Shown here: positions 50,965 to 54,933 of the stretch, piece after piece
How positions within the stretch are numbered: the stretch's first letter is position 1
Layout: each line of letters begins with the position of its first letter
Source of the DNA: Chiloscyllium plagiosum
Lineage: Eukaryota
DNA length: 54,933 bases
Reading direction: 5' to 3'
Assembly (NCBI RefSeq): GCF_004010195.1
Contig: NC_057749.1
Location: forward strand, 6,106,637-6,161,569
Program-made: the position numbers and the translations under genes
Notes under the pieces: generated by a model
Seen by the model: the letters and a program-made list of their open reading frames with translations, nothing else
Told to the model about the DNA's origin: nothing
Databases searched by the model: none

Positions 50965-51408
50965 TGGAAGAGTACAGTGGATCAGGCAGCATCCAAAGAG
51001 CAGGAGAATCGACGTTTCGGGCATAAGCTCTTCATCAGGAGTTTTTAATCGGAAAGAGAAGGTGGTGGAGGGCAACAGCGCGAGGTGCATTGCTAATTTG
51101 GAGATGCAGCGCACTTACGACAGGCTGAAGGCCTCCTTTCTGTAATTCTGTGACATCTTAGGGGGACAATATTTTAAGAAACCTTTTTTAGACACTTGTT
51201 TCTGAATTATCAGCAAGAATTACTAACTGCAGATTCCTTTATGTGTGCACATAAGCAAACACAGTAGCATCACAGACACATTCCTGATGAAGTGCTTATT
51301 CCCGAAATTTCGATTCTCCTGCTCCTCAGATGTTGCCTGACTGGCTGTGTCTTCCAGCACCACATTTTTCAACACTGATTTCCAACATCTGCAGTCCACA
51401 TTTTCTCC
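50965..51408 (+). mobile_element. Family A fold-back PLE insertion carrying a copy of neighbouring intron DNA
   Basis: Left arm to 51040, spacer 51041-51276 homologous to 50003-50238, right arm 51277-51408; flanks CAAGCT...TACATAG on both sides. Confidence 0.85.
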
Positions 51409-51472
51409 CAAGCTTTATACATAGTCCACTCTGATTTAGACTTTTGGAATCCTGTTGTTTTAAGGTCAGCTA

Positions 51473-52040
51473 CATAGAACATAGAACAGTACAGCTCAGG
51501 AACAGGCCCTTCAGCCCATGATATTGTGCTGAACATGACGCCAAATTAAACTAATCCCTTCTGCCTGCACCTTGGTCCACGTCCCTTTGTTCCTTGCATA
51601 TTCATGTGCTCATCTAAAAGTTCCTTAACCACTACCTCCCCCCCACCCCCATTGTACCTGCCTCCAGCACCACACCAGGCAGAGCGTTCCAGACTCCTAC
51701 CACTCTCTGTGTAGAAGACTTGACCCTCACATCTCCTTTGAACTTTCCCCCTCTCACCCTAAAGGCCTGCCCCCTAGTTTTAGACATTTTGACCCTGGGA
51801 AAAAGTTTCTGACCATCAACCGTCTAATTTTATAGACTTACCCTCAGCCACCGCTGCTCCAGAGAAAACAACCTGAGTTTTTCTAGCTTCTCCTTATAGC
51901 TCACATCCTCTAATCCAGGCAACACCCTGGTAAACCTCTTCACCTTCTCCAAAGCCTCCACATCCTTCCTGTAATGTGGCAACCAGAATTGAACACAATA
52001 TTCTAAGTGCGGCCAAAACAAAATCTTATAAAGCTGCAAG
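51473..52040 (-). mobile_element. 5'-truncated CR1 LINE
   Basis: ORF 51830..52039 PHLEYCVQFWLPHYRKDVEALEKV; (CATAGAA)n tail. Confidence 0.87.
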
Positions 52041-53329
52041 CTCTCAGCTGTAACCCTTTAGTGTCTGACAATTGAAGCCAATTGGAAGACCTGGATTAAT
52101 GTAGAATTACAGAATGGTGACAAGATGATCAAGAGATCAAGGCAATGGATTGATAATCCACTGTTCTCTGTGTGCGAGAGTTTGGAAACCATCCTTGTCA
52201 CACAGGGGTAGTTTCCCTACCTTTGGCCTGATGGTTTGAATGCACATCCGATCTTAGAGCATAAAACAAACACAGAGAATGCTGACAATACACAACAGGT
52301 CTGGCAGCACCCATGGAGAGAGAACCAGAGCTAACATTTGGTGTCTGGCTTGACTCTTCTTTAGGAAGTCTGAACAGGTTTGTTCAAGGTATCTAGAATC
52401 ACAGAATGGTCACATGACAGAGGGAAGTCATTTATCCTTTGATTCCTGGTAATTTAGCTATTCCCAATCTATGTTTTCCCTGCAACCCTGCAAATTTTAA
52501 CCTGAGAAGTACCAATACTTTCTGAAAGTTATATTTAATGTGGCTAACACATTTGCAAGCAATGCATTTCACGTCTCAATGAGTAAAAGGCTCTTCCTCC
52601 TATTGCCTTGGTTCCTTGACTATTCACTTTACATCTGTAGGCACTGTTGCTTGAACTGTCCTTCACTGGGAACAGGTTTGCCTTACCTTCTTTGTTAAGC
52701 CCTCTCATGATTTGGACTACCTCAAATAAATTTCCTCTCCACCTTCCCTTCTCAAGGGAGACCACCCTCGGCTTTTTTCAAGTTATTTGCATAACTGAAA
52801 TCCCCTCATTGCTCGGAATGTTAAGACCATAAGAATATAAGACATTGGAGCAGAAAGTACGCCATTCAGCCCATGAGTCTACTCCACTATTCAGTCATGG
52901 CTGACAGGCTTCTCAATCCTATTCTCCCATAACCTTTGATCCCCTTGACAATCAAGAACCTCTCTATCTCAGTCTTAAATGTCAACCTCTTCCACATCCT
53001 TCCCAAAACCATCAAAATCAGATATCAGAATTGCATTCCCCATGCCCCTAGTCCATTAGCAATTTGCTGTCGGAGCTTAAGCTGCTGATAATTGGTGGTG
53101 AGTGGATTTTCCATTACCCTGTGCCACCCCTTCTGCCCCCACCCCTTCTGCCCCCATCCCCATTGATACGTTTGAAAATTGAAAATTCTCCCATAGGTAC
53201 TGCGGTCCCAAATTAATCTCCAATGCCACAGTTTTCAAATTGTGCCCTTAATAGGTCTGACCCTGCTGCACATAGAAAACTGGGGCCGAGTTTTTACTTA
53301 TTAACATTTGACATGCAATAGAAAGAAAA

Positions 53330-53756
53330 ATCTTTTAATCATATAACTCTTTCATGACAACAAAATTCCCCAAGCACTTTACAGGAAATCTGGTACTTTC
53401 TGCAGTGTGTCTACTGTTGGAATCTAAGATTCATAGCAGGCAGTTAGCAATCAGAAAGCTTCCAAAATCACAATGGGATAACAACTAAATAATGAGTTTT
53501 ATAAAATTGATCAAGGAATAAACATTGGTCAGGACACCAGCATTGCTTAACTGCCTTCCGACATCAACATCAAAGAGAGACCAGAAGGAGCCTCATTTAT
53601 AAGTTTCATCTGAAAGTTGGTACCTCCAGTAATGCAGCATTCTCTCAATACTGCACTGCAGTGTTAGGTCACGTGCTTTGCTTTAGGCCTCTGGAGTGAG
53701 ACTTGAGTCTGCAATCTCTTGTCCCAGTGAATACCACCAGCTAAGGCACAGCTGAC
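53330..53756 (-). mobile_element. SacSINE1/DeuSINE-like SINE (other pieces ~26560-26750, 29900-29975 plus 30415-30500, 35985-36420, 39890-40030)
   Basis: TCATCTGAAAGTTGGTACCTCCAGTAATGCAGCATTCTCTCAATACTGCACTGCAG matches 1771-1826. Confidence 0.6.
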
Positions 53757-53771
53757 ACAAAATAAATGCTG

Positions 53772-53928
53772 AGGAGCAGGAGAATCAATGTTTCACACAT
53801 TCCTGATGAAGGACTAATGCCCGATATGTCGATTCCCCTGCTCCTCCTATGCTGCCTAGCCTGCTGTGCTTTTTCAGCACCCCACTCTCGACTCTGACCA
53901 CTAGAATCTGCAGTCCTCACTTTCTCCT
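53772..53928 (+). mobile_element. Fold-back PLE-derived insertion, family A, with very short inverted arm
   Basis: Perfect 15-bp TSD ACAAAATAAATGCTG (53757-53771; 53929-53943); inverted stub AGGAGCAGGAGAATCAATGTTTC, then CACATTCCTGATGAAGG to the terminus. Confidence 0.85.
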
Positions 53929-54361
53929 ACAAAATAAATGCTGTTTTATTCTGAGACTAGCGAGTGATAATTTCTCTATCAGGGACGATGGATCACTTTT
54001 TAGTGCAATCTCTGGATTGATGCATTTCAAATCAACTAGGAATTTATTTTGCTCTTATAAAGTCCTTTGTAACATCATTTAACATTTCATTTCTCACCAT
54101 TCGTAATCTGTGCAACCAAATGGTTTAGAAATAATTAATTAGAGTGAGCAATCCATTTTCCTCACTAATTAATGTGGGCAACTCTTACTGTGGCATGATT
54201 GATGAAGGGGCAACGTTGTTGGATTAACCCCTTTGCTCCAATAAGTACATCATGTTATATCTTCCAACTTTCTTCGTCATGTCTAGTTTCTGTCTCAAGG
54301 TTTGAAGTTTTGAATGGTTGTATCACCAACTGGCATTTTAGTAAGAAGAGTTTGCAAATGT

Positions 54362-54933
54362 TGAGTCATAGAGCCATAGAAATGTAGAGCATGGAAACAG
54401 ACCCTTCGGTCCAACCCATCCATGCCGACCAGATATCCCAACCCAATCTAGTTCCACCTGCCTGCACCTGGCCCATATCACTCCAAACCCTTCCTATTCA
54501 TATACCCATCCAAATGCCTCTTAAATGTTGCAATTGTATCAGCCTCCACCACACCCTCTGGCAGCTTATTCCATACACATACCACCCTCTGCATGAAAAA
54601 GTTGCCCCTTAGGTCTCTTTTATATCTTTCCCCTCTCACCCTAAACCTATGCCCTCTATCCACGACCCCACGGAAAAGACTTTGTCTATTTATCCTATCC
54701 ATGTCCCTCATAATTTTGTAAACCTCTATAATGTCACCCCTCAGCCTCCGCCGCTCCAGGGGAAGCAGCCCCAGCCTGTTCAGTCTCTTCCGTAGCTCAG
54801 ATCCTCCAACCCAAGCAACATCCTTGTAAGTCTTTTCTGAACCCTTTCAAGTTTCACAACATCTTTCCGATAGGAAGGAGACCAGAATTGCACGCAATAT
54901 TCCAACAGTGGCCCAACCAATGTCCTGTACAGC
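54362..54933 (-). mobile_element. CR1 LINE 3' part (runs off the window)
   Basis: Closely similar to 41545-42052; RYKRDLRGNFFMQRVVCVWNKLPE..FKRHLDGYMNRKGLE. Confidence 0.92.

Overview
Repeat-rich eukaryotic genomic DNA, most likely from a shark (inferred from the HE1-type SINEs, SacSINE1-type DeuSINEs and CR1/HER1-type LINEs). The only host gene found is a + strand HCN channel of the HCN3/HCN4 type. Three internal coding exons are present: 7586-7732 (C-linker), 14559-14799 and 26087-26251 (cyclic-nucleotide-binding domain). Their 147/241/165-bp sizes and phases fit vertebrate HCN exons 5-7. The rest is intron filled with CR1, RTE and Penelope-like (PLE) retroelement fragments, tRNA-derived SINEs and one solo LTR. 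The most striking pattern is about 15 short fold-back insertions built from PLE 3' ends in three sequence families. Most are bounded by ~9-16 bp target-site duplications (TSDs) and carry minimal hammerhead-ribozyme motifs (CTGANGA-stem II-GAAA plus a palindromic ACGT/AGCT), often in both orientations. One has a copy of ~235 bp of nearby intron DNA between its arms and another has an open ORF piece. A fourth, decayed hammerhead-bearing repeat family is also present. Other oddities are a scrambled ~1.4-kb inverted duplication at 4398-5817 and a CR1 copy with a twin-priming-type 5' inversion. All repeat family names and identities are by eye and from recall; no searches or alignments were run.
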